Of a stretch of 10,660 nt of DNA, positions 1-7,888 are shown in pieces. The stretch lies in IMG/VR virus record IMGVR_UViG_2695420540_000012. One strand, 5' to 3'. Positions within the stretch are counted from its first letter, which is position 1. Every line of letters starts with the position of its first letter. The notes below the pieces were generated by a model that was given only the letters and a program-made list of their open reading frames with translations, did no database searches and was not told where the DNA came from. This stretch comes from a virus (Duplodnaviria; Heunggongvirae; Uroviricota; Caudoviricetes). Made by a program: the position numbers and the translations under genes.

Positions 1-31
1 TACACTAAATCAGTAAGTTGGCAGCATCACC
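1..31 (-). mobile_element. IS1 terminal fragment (insA-proximal inverted-repeat end); body of element lies upstream of the window
   Basis: Bases 1-31 (tacactaaatcagtaagttggcagcatcacc) are identical to the last 31 bp of the complete IS1 copy at 4513-4543. Confidence 0.85.
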
Positions 32-32
32 C

Positions 33-143
33 CGCCACAGAACAATTATTGCTTTTGCCGTTGATGACAATAAAGTTTTTATCGCAGGCGTATACCACGG
101 TGGGCAAATCTATGAAACCGATTTTTTATCCAGTGCACCGTAA
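33..143 (+). pseudogene. 3' fragment of a RelE/ParE-superfamily-like toxin gene, 5' end removed by IS1
   Basis: Open frame starts directly at the IS1 boundary with no start codon and encodes RHRTIIAFAVDDNKVFIAGVYHGGQIYETDFLSSAP then stop (taa 141-143). The hydrophobic strand, turn, strand pattern resembles toxin C-termini, including the intact toxin at 9400-9690 (ILYRVTASSIEVVNIVHSRRQY). Assignment is by pattern only. Confidence 0.3.
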
Positions 144-183
144 AACCCCCATCCTTCAGGGCGTGGCGGATATCAAACTTTGG

Positions 184-1266
184 TCATTTTCTCTGGCTGA
201 TCTTTACCGGATAACCATCCCGAAGATCAATTAAGTGCTCCGGTTCAGAAGCAAACCATGCATAAGATCCCCACGCCAATTCTGGTATTGCCTTTTTAAA
301 AGGCAGAGCACTTCTGTCCATAAATGCCGTAAGGAATGCAAGATTTTTCTCGCTGAACCCAGCGTCAATAGCCAAATGAGTGAGAGTAACTTTTCGTTCC
401 CTGTTTATAGGCCCATCTGTCGCAACTACTTCAGTGAAAACTACAAGCATGTCCGAACCCGTTCGGTCCTCTCCCAAATCAATCAAAATAATATCTGGAA
501 GTGCTTTTGAGGCATCAATATTCAGCCCCAATGCTTTTGCCAATACATCATCCTGAGCAACAACTTTATTCCCGGATTCAGACAACCAGAGCACAGTTGG
601 ATTCTTAAGAAAATTAGGAGCAAAAACTTCGATGACGGCCTTAGCTATTGTACTTGACGGGCCCGGAGCTAAAGTTCTCTTCTCTCCATTTGGGAAAGTG
701 ACGACTACGGCATCAGCAGCAATCACTGCCCCTGATTTCAATAAACGCAACCTAGCAAGAGCGGCTTTGTTCAAATGATTTTCTTGCCAGGAACTTATTG
801 CACTCAGCAGCGAATCTCCTTCAAGCCCGGCATCAAAGAGTGCTGCAAAAGAGCGATTCAAACTGTAACGAGGACGAGAGGATGTGGTGGGTATACCTTT
901 ACGCTCAACAATTGCATTGCAAGGTATTAGGCCATTTTTTATAGTTTCATCACGTATTGGCTCACGCGTATTTTCCGCATACCATGCATCAGCAGGCCTT
1001 ATCTTTTGTTTAGAGAAAGTCATCTTTACCCAGCTTTCTCTGGACGCATCATCAGTAAGAGCAGCCTGCGAATCTCCCATACTTACAACCTGGCTGGGCC
1101 TTATCCATCGCCCCAGCCCCTCAACCGCACCAGCATAAAACATGACAAAAATTGTTTTTGCAGCTATTTCCCGAATTAAATATCCACGATTCTCAGTCCC
1201 TTCAGGGAAAATTAATTGTAATCTTTCCCGGATAACATTCAATGGGGGAACAACAGGCAGATTCAT
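184..1266 (-). CDS. Putative Type II restriction endonuclease (360 aa), partner of the upstream methyltransferase; possibly BsuBI/PstI-like
   Basis: Its ATG overlaps the methyltransferase stop in an ATGA overlap at 1263-1266, the classic coupled M then R arrangement. Contains a PD...EVV segment (ALPDIILIDLG...MLVVFTEVVATDG) reminiscent of a PD-(D/E)xK core, but the canonical lysine is not where expected. Family assignment is recollection, not a search. Confidence 0.5.
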   Translation of the reverse strand: MNLPVVPPLNVIRERLQLIFPEGTENRGYLIREIAAKTIFVMFYAGAVEGLGRWIRPSQVVSMGDSQAALTDDASRESWVKMTFSKQKIRPADAWYAENTREPIRDETIKNGLIPCNAIVERKGIPTTSSRPRYSLNRSFAALFDAGLEGDSLLSAISSWQENHLNKAALARLRLLKSGAVIAADAVVVTFPNGEKRTLAPGPSSTIAKAVIEVFAPNFLKNPTVLWLSESGNKVVAQDDVLAKALGLNIDASKALPDIILIDLGEDRTGSDMLVVFTEVVATDGPINRERKVTLTHLAIDAGFSEKNLAFLTAFMDRSALPFKKAIPELAWGSYAWFASEPEHLIDLRDGYPVKISQRK

Positions 1267-3095
1267 GCAATCATCACTCCATAGAAACCAGCGATAGTTC
1301 TCTCAATAATCCGTCTGTGGACGCCAGCATCAATTAACGATTGAATCTCCATCACCTGCTCCAGAGAAGGCAACGGGATTGAATTCAATTCATAGGCCGA
1401 AACAGCAACACTTCCGCTTATACACCTGAACGCCCGATCGACAACATGCGAATTAAGTAGCATATCAATAACATCAGGGCGAACCGCAGAGAACAATCCG
1501 TTTGAATATACAATATTAATATGGTTTTCAACTACTACGCCACCAGTTTCATCTATAAATCCCTGAGGTAAAATTGCCGCTAAAATCCTTCTGTCCTGTT
1601 CCTTCGATGTTGTCCGCTGAACAAGCACACATTCAGATTTTGTCACAAGGAAACCCTGTTGTGGGGTTATATCGATATAGGGAACATGATTTTTTCTGTC
1701 TGCACTAAAACGAAAACCAGCTGAAGTTATTGATTCCGCCCAGACTAATGGGTAGCTATTTTTTCCTTTCGTCGTACGCAACTGCGACTTAAATCGATTC
1801 CAGACTAACTGACCTGTAGAGACTGAGTATCCCAGATCAGCTAAACGCGTAGACATCTGTTTTAATACATTAAGAAAACAGGCATCATCTTTAACGCGTG
1901 GCAAAAGCCACGTTGCTCCACCTTTTTCTATATCAACATTACCTATTTTCTCAATTTTTGCTTTGTTCAACCCCTTAGGGACAAGTGAGGATACCTGGGC
2001 CCGAACTTTATGTTCTCCCGCCTTGAATGCTGTCAACATTGTTTCCTGGAGAACATCGTCAAAGACCCCATCCCTGTCAGTGACGAAATCAAGGGCATAC
2101 GGAGTAGTTTTTTCGGTCAAAAGGGTTCGCAGCGCGGTGAAATACTGCCCACCAAGAAAAGAAGTTGGCGTAAGAAATGCAATAACTCCTGTTTTCTCTT
2201 TAACCATGCGAACAGCTAAGTCGGTGAACAATCCATATAGATTTGCATGACCAAATAACGAACGAGAATATTTTTCTCTCGTTTTAATATCGAGAGTGAC
2301 ACGTCCGTAAGGCGGATTCCCTACCACAAGATCATAACCAGAAAATTTATCTTGCTGAAGCGCATCAGCAACAATAATTGTATCTTCAGGCAATCTACGT
2401 TTTACCTTTACACATAGTGGCATTAGTACAGATTCGAGCAATACCAAACTCATCCAAGCCGCAAATGGATCGATTTCTATCCCCTTTAAACGACGACTGA
2501 TTCTCCTCAACATCCATTCAGGGGAAGACCCCTTGTCTTTTTTTAACATTCGAATGGCTACTGGTGCCAAAAATGCACCGCCACCACACGCAGGATCAAT
2601 AACCGATGCATGAGAAAAATCAACACCAGACTTTTCAGCCAGGTCCAAGAGACGCGCTACCAAAGGTGGGGGGGTATAGTAAGCCCCCAATTCCGAACGG
2701 TAAGCGGATGGCAGCATTACCGTATAAATTGACCCAATCAGATATCCAGCGTCCTCCGCCGGAAATTGAGCAATAAGCTCACCTGTTCGTTCAGCGAGCT
2801 CGCGTGCATCACATGGAATGTCTTCTATGTAAACAGTGTGCGGTACTGCCCTCATTTTAATGCTGCTTTTTTGCTTTTTTGCAAGGGTATCCCAATATGC
2901 AGCTACGATGCTGAAGCAGTATGAGCGGGCATGCATCAACCTTGACTGCCCGGTTTTGTAATTGCCCGCATAACCTTTGGCCATGGCTTTACAAGTTTGA
3001 TATCTTTCCAGATTAGAAAACTCATTATCTGTAAAAAAATCAAAATGTTGCACATTCATAATGTAAAATCCTAATGTATCAAACATGCGGGCCAT
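1263..3095 (-). CDS. N6-adenine DNA methyltransferase, gamma-class, Eco57I/N6_Mtase-like (610 aa)
   Basis: Motif X-like GAYYTPPPLV, motif I VIDPACGGGAFL, motif IV VVGNPPYG in gamma-class order, followed by about 340 aa of probable target-recognition domain. Start is ambiguous: ATG at 3095 has no Shine-Dalgarno, and in-frame ATGs lie at about 3083 and 3059. Confidence 0.85.
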   Translation of the reverse strand: MARMFDTLGFYIMNVQHFDFFTDNEFSNLERYQTCKAMAKGYAGNYKTGQSRLMHARSYCFSIVAAYWDTLAKKQKSSIKMRAVPHTVYIEDIPCDARELAERTGELIAQFPAEDAGYLIGSIYTVMLPSAYRSELGAYYTPPPLVARLLDLAEKSGVDFSHASVIDPACGGGAFLAPVAIRMLKKDKGSSPEWMLRRISRRLKGIEIDPFAAWMSLVLLESVLMPLCVKVKRRLPEDTIIVADALQQDKFSGYDLVVGNPPYGRVTLDIKTREKYSRSLFGHANLYGLFTDLAVRMVKEKTGVIAFLTPTSFLGGQYFTALRTLLTEKTTPYALDFVTDRDGVFDDVLQETMLTAFKAGEHKVRAQVSSLVPKGLNKAKIEKIGNVDIEKGGATWLLPRVKDDACFLNVLKQMSTRLADLGYSVSTGQLVWNRFKSQLRTTKGKNSYPLVWAESITSAGFRFSADRKNHVPYIDITPQQGFLVTKSECVLVQRTTSKEQDRRILAAILPQGFIDETGGVVVENHINIVYSNGLFSAVRPDVIDMLLNSHVVDRAFRCISGSVAVSAYELNSIPLPSLEQVMEIQSLIDAGVHRRIIERTIAGFYGVMIA

Positions 3096-3154
3096 AACAT
3101 CTCATGGTGGCGCATAGCAAACTGGCCCGAAGAATATCACGCACCAAGTCGATC

Positions 3155-3170
3155 TCATAACCCGTTATGA
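3155..3170. promoter_or_regulatory. Perfect 7-2-7 palindrome TCATAAC-CC-GTTATGA in the methyltransferase upstream region; candidate operator
   Basis: Exact inverted repeat about 60 bp upstream of the methyltransferase start. A 2-nt spacer is too tight for an RNA hairpin, so a dimeric protein binding site is more likely. Confidence 0.3.
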
Positions 3171-3309
3171 CAATAAATCTTTGTAGCTGAACTCACTTGG
3201 TGATTTGTCAATCATTCCTGGCCTCCAGTTCGTCCTGAATCTCTTTATCGAGTTCACCGTATTTGTTAGTCCTCATCACTCACGACTTGACTTCCAGAAA
3301 TAACCTTGA

Positions 3310-3666
3310 TTATTCGGGGCTATATTTTGTCACCCTGCGTATCCGCGCTTTCGCATTACGCTCAATCTGGATTAGCTTTTCTATATTTTTTCGCCTTTCC
3401 CGCTCCTCCTGGCGCAAGAGCCTTACATCATCTGCCAGTCTGGTTTCTCTTTTCGCCACAGAGAGCATCCAGTCAAATGGCTCCACAACTGCACCGCAAA
3501 TTTTACAGCGGACCTGACGCTCTTTTTCGTCAACCCGGACAGAAGCGTGATGGCAATATGGTCTTTCCGATGGCTCATAAAGAAAATTAACCTGATTACG
3601 AGGGTTATCCTCTTTTACCGGAAATAAAACAATATTGCTTAACTCATCTTCTGGTTTTATTTCCAT
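3310..3666 (-). CDS. Hypothetical small zinc-ribbon protein with basic coiled-coil-like C-terminus (118 aa)
   Basis: Strong Shine-Dalgarno (AAGGAGAGGAGC) directly upstream of the ATG at 3664-3666. Cys/His cluster C-HH...C-x2-C, then an Arg/Glu-rich tail (RLLRQEERERRKNIEKLIQIERNAKARIRR). No family recognised. Confidence 0.6.
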   Translation of the reverse strand: MEIKPEDELSNIVLFPVKEDNPRNQVNFLYEPSERPYCHHASVRVDEKERQVRCKICGAVVEPFDWMLSVAKRETRLADDVRLLRQEERERRKNIEKLIQIERNAKARIRRVTKYSPE

Positions 3667-3723
3667 GCTCCTCTCCTTTGATGCGAATGCCAGCGGTAAT
3701 TGAAGCCTGATAGCTAATTTCAC

Positions 3724-3766
3724 TCACAGTACCGCCTCCTGAAAATCACCCTGATAGAAACAGAAG
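3724..3766 (-). pseudogene. 3' remnant of a paralogue of the hypothetical gene at 4616-5146, cut off by Ns and IS1
   Basis: Minus-strand reading gives ...FYQGDFQEAVL then stop, matching the C-terminus ...AFYQGNFQKVLL of the 4616-5146 gene. Nucleotide similarity continues through the downstream intergenic region (3661-3760 versus 4575-4653). Confidence 0.45.
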
Positions 3767-3790
3767 NNNNNNNNNGGTAATGACTCCAAC

Positions 3791-4294
3791 TTATTGATAG
3801 TGTTTTATGTTCAGATAATGCCCGATGACTTTGTCATGCAGCTCCACCGATTTTGAGAACGACAGCGACTTCCGTCCCAGCCGTGCCAGGTGCTGCCTCA
3901 GATTCAGGTTATGCCGCTCAATTCGCTGCGTATATCGCTTGCTGATTACGTGCAGCTTTCCCTTCAGGCGGGATTCATACAGCGGCCAGCCATCCGTCAT
4001 CCATATCACCACGTCAAAGGGTGACAGCAGGCTCATAAGACGCCCCAGCGTCGCCATAGTGCGTTCACCGAATACGTGCGCAACAACCGTCTTCCGGAGA
4101 CTGTCATACGCGTAAAACAGCCAGCGCTGGCGCGATTTAGCCCCGACATAGCCCCACTGTTCGTCCATTTCCGCGCAGACGATGACGTCACTGCCCGGCT
4201 GTATGCGCGAGGTTACCGACTGCGGCCTGAGTTTTTTAAGTGACGTAAAATCGTGTTGAGGCCAACGCCCATAATGCGTGCAGTTGCCCGGCAT
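3791..4294 (-). CDS. insB: IS1 InsB frame (expressed as InsAB' transposase by -1 frameshift)
   Basis: 167-aa frame (...[42 protein letters not shown]...) overlapping the insA 3' end at the A6C site. Confidence 0.9.
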
Positions 4295-4488
4295 CCAACG
4301 CCATTCATGGCCATATCAATGATTTTCTGGTGCGTACCGGGTTGAGAAGCGGTGTAAGTGAACTGCAGTTGCCATGTTTTACGGCAGTGAGAGCAGAGAT
4401 AGCGCTGATGTCCGGCAGTGCTTTTGCCGTTACGCACCACCCCGTCAGTAGCTGAACAGGAGGGACAGCTGATAGAAACAGAAGCCAC
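4213..4488 (-). CDS. insA: IS1 InsA (transposition inhibitor, N-terminal part of the InsAB' transposase)
   Basis: 91 aa beginning [24 protein letters not shown], the canonical InsA zinc-finger/HTH protein, with a GTG start. Confidence 0.95.
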
Positions 4489-4615
4489 TGGAGCACCTCA
4501 AAAACACCATCATACACTAAATCAGTAAGTTGGCAGCATCACCACAGTGCTGAACTTAATTATTCAGATTTTGGATTATGCTTTCTCTTCACGAAGTTCC
4601 GATTGTTAATTTGGC

Positions 4616-5146
4616 TCACAACAGCACCTTCTGAAAATTACCCTGATAGAAAGCCAGTACACGCTGCATAGCTTCGCTCTTCCGGCACTCGCTACAGATT
4701 ATGTTTTGACGCCTGTCGTAGCGGCGTATTTCTCCGTCTGGTAATGACCAGATAAGGTCCGGATCAACCACAGATGGTTTCTTCAGCTTTGCCCTCGAGA
4801 GTTTTTTGCGGGCGTTTTGCCAGTCCTTACGAGCCTGTTCAGACGGGAATAACCCGTANNNNNNNNNNNNNNNNNNNNNNNNNNNNNNNNNNNNNNNNNN
4901 NNNNNNNNNNNNNNNNNNNNNNNNNNNNNNNNNNNNNNNNNNNNNNNNNNNNNNNNNNNNNNNNNNNCCAGAGTTGTATACATCGCCACTGGCAACCAGC
5001 TCTCTGGCGAGAACACTCATCAGATATCTTGTCGCACCTGTCTTGGCTTCCAGTTGCCGCAACGTCTCGCGACCGCTCAGACGTACAAGTTCAACAACCT
5101 GCCCCTTAATTTTTTCCCGCTCTTCCTGTGTAAATACTTTTGCCAT
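4616..5146 (-). CDS. Hypothetical prophage protein, middle masked by Ns (4859-4967)
   Basis: Frame is maintained across the N run. N-terminus MAKVFTQEEREKIKGQVVELVRLSGRETLRQLEAKTGATRYLMSVLARELV is helix-turn-helix-like; C-terminus contains CSECRKSE. Starts 15 nt after the stop of the upstream gene. Confidence 0.5.
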   Translation of the reverse strand: MAKVFTQEEREKIKGQVVELVRLSGRETLRQLEAKTGATRYLMSVLARELVASGDVYNSXXXXXXXXXXXXXXXXXXXXXXXXXXXXXXXXXXXXXYGLFPSEQARKDWQNARKKLSRAKLKKPSVVDPDLIWSLPDGEIRRYDRRQNIICSECRKSEAMQRVLAFYQGNFQKVLL

Positions 5147-5161
5147 AAGCGCCCCCGGCAA

Positions 5162-5887
5162 TCACTTTTCCGACACAATACGACCGGAGGAATCGACAAT
5201 CTGTCGAACAATATCCCGGTGCTTGTTCAGCTCCCGCAACGCGGCGCAGACACGCTCCCACTTCTGGACATGACTTTTCGCCCGACGCAGTTCGCGGTTT
5301 GCCATATGCAGCGATGGTAAAACCAGGTCATCCGCTTGCGTTTCGGTGAACGATGGCAACGACTGCACAATGTCCGCCACAGTTTCTGTTTTAATTTCTT
5401 CCTGTGTTGCAGCTTCCTGTACCGGTAACGCAACACCTGCTGGCTGAGGAAAGACTTTACCATCCGTTTCCGCTATGGATGCGGCTTTCGGCTCTGCCGG
5501 TAAATCAGCGCCCGGTATGCAGTACCGAAATTTACCGCCCTGATTCACGCGAATCAGACGCCCTTTGCTGATTGCCATGGCCAGCGATGAATTCGCCCGG
5601 CGGGAGGTAATCCCGAACATCAGTGCCAGCTCATCCGCCGTTTGTGGGCCATGTTGTTCAATCGCCTCAGTCAGCATTTGCGCTGTCACTTTCGGTACCG
5701 GTGACACTGGTTCACTTTCACCAGCCTGAATCAGCCACCACATCGAACCCTTGTTATCCGCTTCACCACGGCGCTTCAGTTTCCACAGTTCGTTGACCGC
5801 ATCTTCACGGCTGATTCCAAGGCGGGACGCCACCACATGTGAAGAGGCTCTTTTCAGTGCTTTCAGTGCGTCAAATACAGTTTCCAT
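5162..5887 (-). CDS. Hypothetical prophage protein with two winged-helix-like segments (241 aa from the GGAGG-supported ATG)
   Basis: GGAGG lies 8 nt upstream of the ATG at 5885-5887. Helix-turn-helix-like segments [27 protein letters not shown] and [29 protein letters not shown]. No family assigned. Confidence 0.5.
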   Translation of the reverse strand: METVFDALKALKRASSHVVASRLGISREDAVNELWKLKRRGEADNKGSMWWLIQAGESEPVSPVPKVTAQMLTEAIEQHGPQTADELALMFGITSRRANSSLAMAISKGRLIRVNQGGKFRYCIPGADLPAEPKAASIAETDGKVFPQPAGVALPVQEAATQEEIKTETVADIVQSLPSFTETQADDLVLPSLHMANRELRRAKSHVQKWERVCAALRELNKHRDIVRQIVDSSGRIVSEK

Positions 5888-5908
5888 TAAAACATCCTCC
5901 AACAAAAA

Positions 5909-6300
5909 TTACTTCACAACTCCCGGAAAGCTGACATTTGAACGCCAGCTATCCCAGTTAAACGTCACCCACCGACAACCGTTCATGGTCATGCGGTCCA
6001 TAATCCTCTCACCAAGAAGCGTGCTCATTGCGGCATGATTCAGGTTTGTTAACATCCCGACACTGCACAGTGATGCTGTCCGGCGATCAATTATCTGGTG
6101 CAATACCACCTGCTCGTTTTTCGTCTCCCGCTGAATGCCTATTTCATCCAGGACCAGCAAATCAACCCCGCAAAGCTCCTGTAAAAATTTTTCACCGGAT
6201 TTGCCGTTGTCGTAGCTGTCATGCAACACGCTCATGACATCAGACTCGGTGACGATAATCACGCTGCGCCCCTTCGCCATCAGCCGGTTACCCATCGCCG
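5909..6300 (-). CDS. DnaC-like helicase loader (IstB-like AAA+), C-terminal part only; N-terminal part hidden in Ns
   Basis: KGRSVIIVTESDVMS...LLVLDEIGIQRETKNEQVVLHQIIDRRTASLCSVGMLTNLNHAAMSTLLGERIMDRMTMNGCRWVTFNWDSWRS aligns closely with the E. coli DnaC / Rac YdaV C-terminal half as remembered, including Walker B (DEIG). Walker A would lie in the masked region. Confidence 0.85.
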
Positions 6301-6777
6301 NNNNNNNNNNNNNNNNNNNNNNNNNNNNNNNNNNNNNNNNNNNNNNNNNNNNNNNNNNNNNNNNNNNNNNNNNNNNNNNNNNNNNNNNNNNNNNNNNNNN
6401 NNNNNNNNNNNNNNNNNNNNNNNNNNNNNNNNNNNNNNNNNNNNNNNNNNNNNNNNNNNNNNNNNNNNNNNNNNNNNNNNNNNNNNNNNNNNNNNNNNNN
6501 NNNNNNNNNNNNNNNNNNNNNNNNNNNNNNNNNNNNNNNNNNNNNNNNNNNNNNNNNNNNNNNNNNNNNNNNNNNNNNNNNNNNNNNNNNNNNNNNNNNN
6601 NNNNNNNNNNNNNNNNNNNNNNNNNNNNNNNNNNNNNNNNNNNTCCACCGNNNNNNNNNNNNNNNNNNNNNNNNNNNNNNNNNNNNNNNNNNNNNNNNNN
6701 NNNNNNNNNNNNNNNNNNNNNNNNNNNNNNNNNNNNNNNNNNNNNNNNNNNNNNNNNNNNNNNNNNNNNNNNNNNNN

Positions 6778-7817
6778 TCGGTATCCGGTTCAGAAATATG
6801 ATTCACACAACGCTGGTTGTTCGTGCCGCTTACCGGGAGCAACCAGGGGTTTTCAAAATTCCGGTCCGGCCCAAAAAACGTCGTCGCTCGCTGAACAAAT
6901 TCCGTTCCCGCTTTCCCGGTCGCCGCCAGGTATCTCGCGTAACGCCTCACACCATCCAGCATGGTCTCTGGTGGCACCCCCTCGCGCAATCTGGCCTTCC
7001 AGGCACTGAATGCGGATTTCTTCGGGTTTGCCCCGGCACGCAACGGGTATTCCCGCCAGACCTGTTCGAACACATCCGGATAATCCACTCGTCCCACAGG
7101 CTGCCCGGTGTTTTCCGGGGCTACCCGATCGGCTTCCCGCTGAATGGCGGAATCGGCTTCAGGCTGCTGCAGTTGGAGTGATTGCTCCGGCCTTGCGGTC
7201 ATCACCTGCTGCACAGCGCCCGAATCGGCTTTCAGCGCATACGCTGAATCGGCTTCCGGTGTCGAGCCTGCTGGCTGACCAGGATTGACGGTCTGAACAT
7301 CCCCTGCCTGGTTCGTGGCGTTTTTTACGCCATGGACCATAGTGTTTTGATCTTCTTTATCTGTATCTTTATCTGTATCTGTCGTGACTCGTCGTGACAT
7401 GTGCGTGACATTTCGTGACGCGCCGTGACAATCGCCATTTTGTTCCCGCTTTCTTTCCCTCTCTCGCTGCGCCCTCTTGCGCTCTGCAGGAGATTTTGCG
7501 GTTTGCGAAATATTGCCGTTGTCCTCTTTAAGCACCTGGCGTTTTTCCCATCCAGTGATTAAATCACCATCAAGTACCCGCCCCTGCATCGTCTGCAAAA
7601 TTGAATCAATTACCTCTTCTGTCACGTCGAGCGCACTTGCCAAATCTTCTGTCGTGACATCAATGTGACCTCGCGTGACATTTCGTGACGCGCTCACCAG
7701 GAGGTGGATATACACTGCCATCACTGTTGCAATTGGCTGCCCTGACACCCTGGCAATTGTTCGCCACTTAGGGTCATTTGGCATGTCATGCCATAATCTG
7801 AGCCAGGCGTTAGCCAT
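6778..7817 (-). CDS. Putative phage replication initiator / replisome organiser (O-like), 3' end hidden in Ns
   Basis: Shine-Dalgarno GAGGTGA 4 nt upstream of the ATG at 7815-7817. Lies directly upstream of the DnaC-like gene and contains two iteron clusters, as lambda O contains ori. The six-frame track runs this frame through the N block to 6288, but the true stop is not visible. Confidence 0.6.
7356..7379. repeat. Tandem 12-bp direct repeat (tttatctgtatc x2) next to iteron cluster A
   Basis: Exact tandem duplication at 7356-7367 and 7368-7379, followed immediately by the first CGTGAC iteron. Confidence 0.7.
7383..7429. repeat. Iteron cluster A: five CGTGAC copies at 10-11 bp phasing (candidate ori)
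   Basis: CGTGAC at 7383, 7393, 7404, 7414 and 7424. Includes the first copy of a 21-bp exact direct repeat GCGTGACATTTCGTGACGCGC (7403-7423). Confidence 0.65.
7653..7693. repeat. Iteron cluster B: four (C/T)GTGAC copies at 10-11 bp phasing (candidate ori)
   Basis: CGTGAC/TGTGAC at 7653, 7664, 7674 and 7684, plus an inverted GTCACG at 7621. Includes the second copy of the 21-bp repeat (7673-7693). Confidence 0.65.
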
Positions 7818-7888
7818 ACTCACCTCTTCTGATACCGAATCTTTTTACTCACGAGTTGCCGGGAGCGATTCGATATGGCTATTGTCAG

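Larger units (their letters stand above)
3776..4543 (-). mobile_element. Complete IS1 (768 bp), transposase genes on the minus strand
   Basis: Termini ggtaatgactccaacttattgatagtgttt and ...actaaatcagtaagttggcagcatcacc, intact insA and insB frames, and the A6C slippery motif (ttaaaaaac on the coding strand, about 4231-4240). Confidence 0.95.

Noticed and set aside
49-234. Plus-strand ORF 49-234 (61 aa)
   Set aside because: Overlaps the better-supported toxin-like fragment in another frame and runs antisense into the endonuclease 3' end.
235-2250. Plus-strand ORFs 235-510, 884-1138, 1963-2250 and 2010-2219
   Set aside because: They lie wholly antisense within the methyltransferase and endonuclease genes, have no ribosome binding sites, and have low-complexity or odd composition.
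3263-3590. Plus-strand ORFs 3263-3517 and 3306-3590
   Set aside because: Antisense to the zinc-ribbon gene, which has a strong ribosome binding site; no support of their own.
3749-3766. 16-nt identity (ctgatagaaacagaag) to the IS1 insA start region at about 4469-4484, just before the masked 9 bp
   Set aside because: Could be a microhomology scar of an IS1 rearrangement, but the paralogous copy at 4639-4650 shares the first 10 nt as native gene sequence and only 9 masked bases follow, so a partial IS1 fragment cannot be shown.
4305-4517. Minus-strand ORF 4305-4517 inside IS1
   Set aside because: Alternative frame overlapping insA within a well-characterised element; not an independent gene.
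4774-5463. ORFs 4774-5109, 4783-5016, 4806-5273, 5054-5320 and 5227-5463
   Set aside because: They overlap or lie antisense to the two hypothetical genes, and several consist mostly of translated N (X) residues.
6221-7181. Long plus-strand ORFs 6221-7009 and 6234-7181, and minus ORF 6280-6648
   Set aside because: Their length comes from reading through N runs translated as X; the real sequence would contain stops.
7383-7693. Iteron clusters as a possible CRISPR array
   Set aside because: Repeat unit is 6 bp at 10-bp phasing with no spacers, sits inside a coding region, and no cas genes are present.
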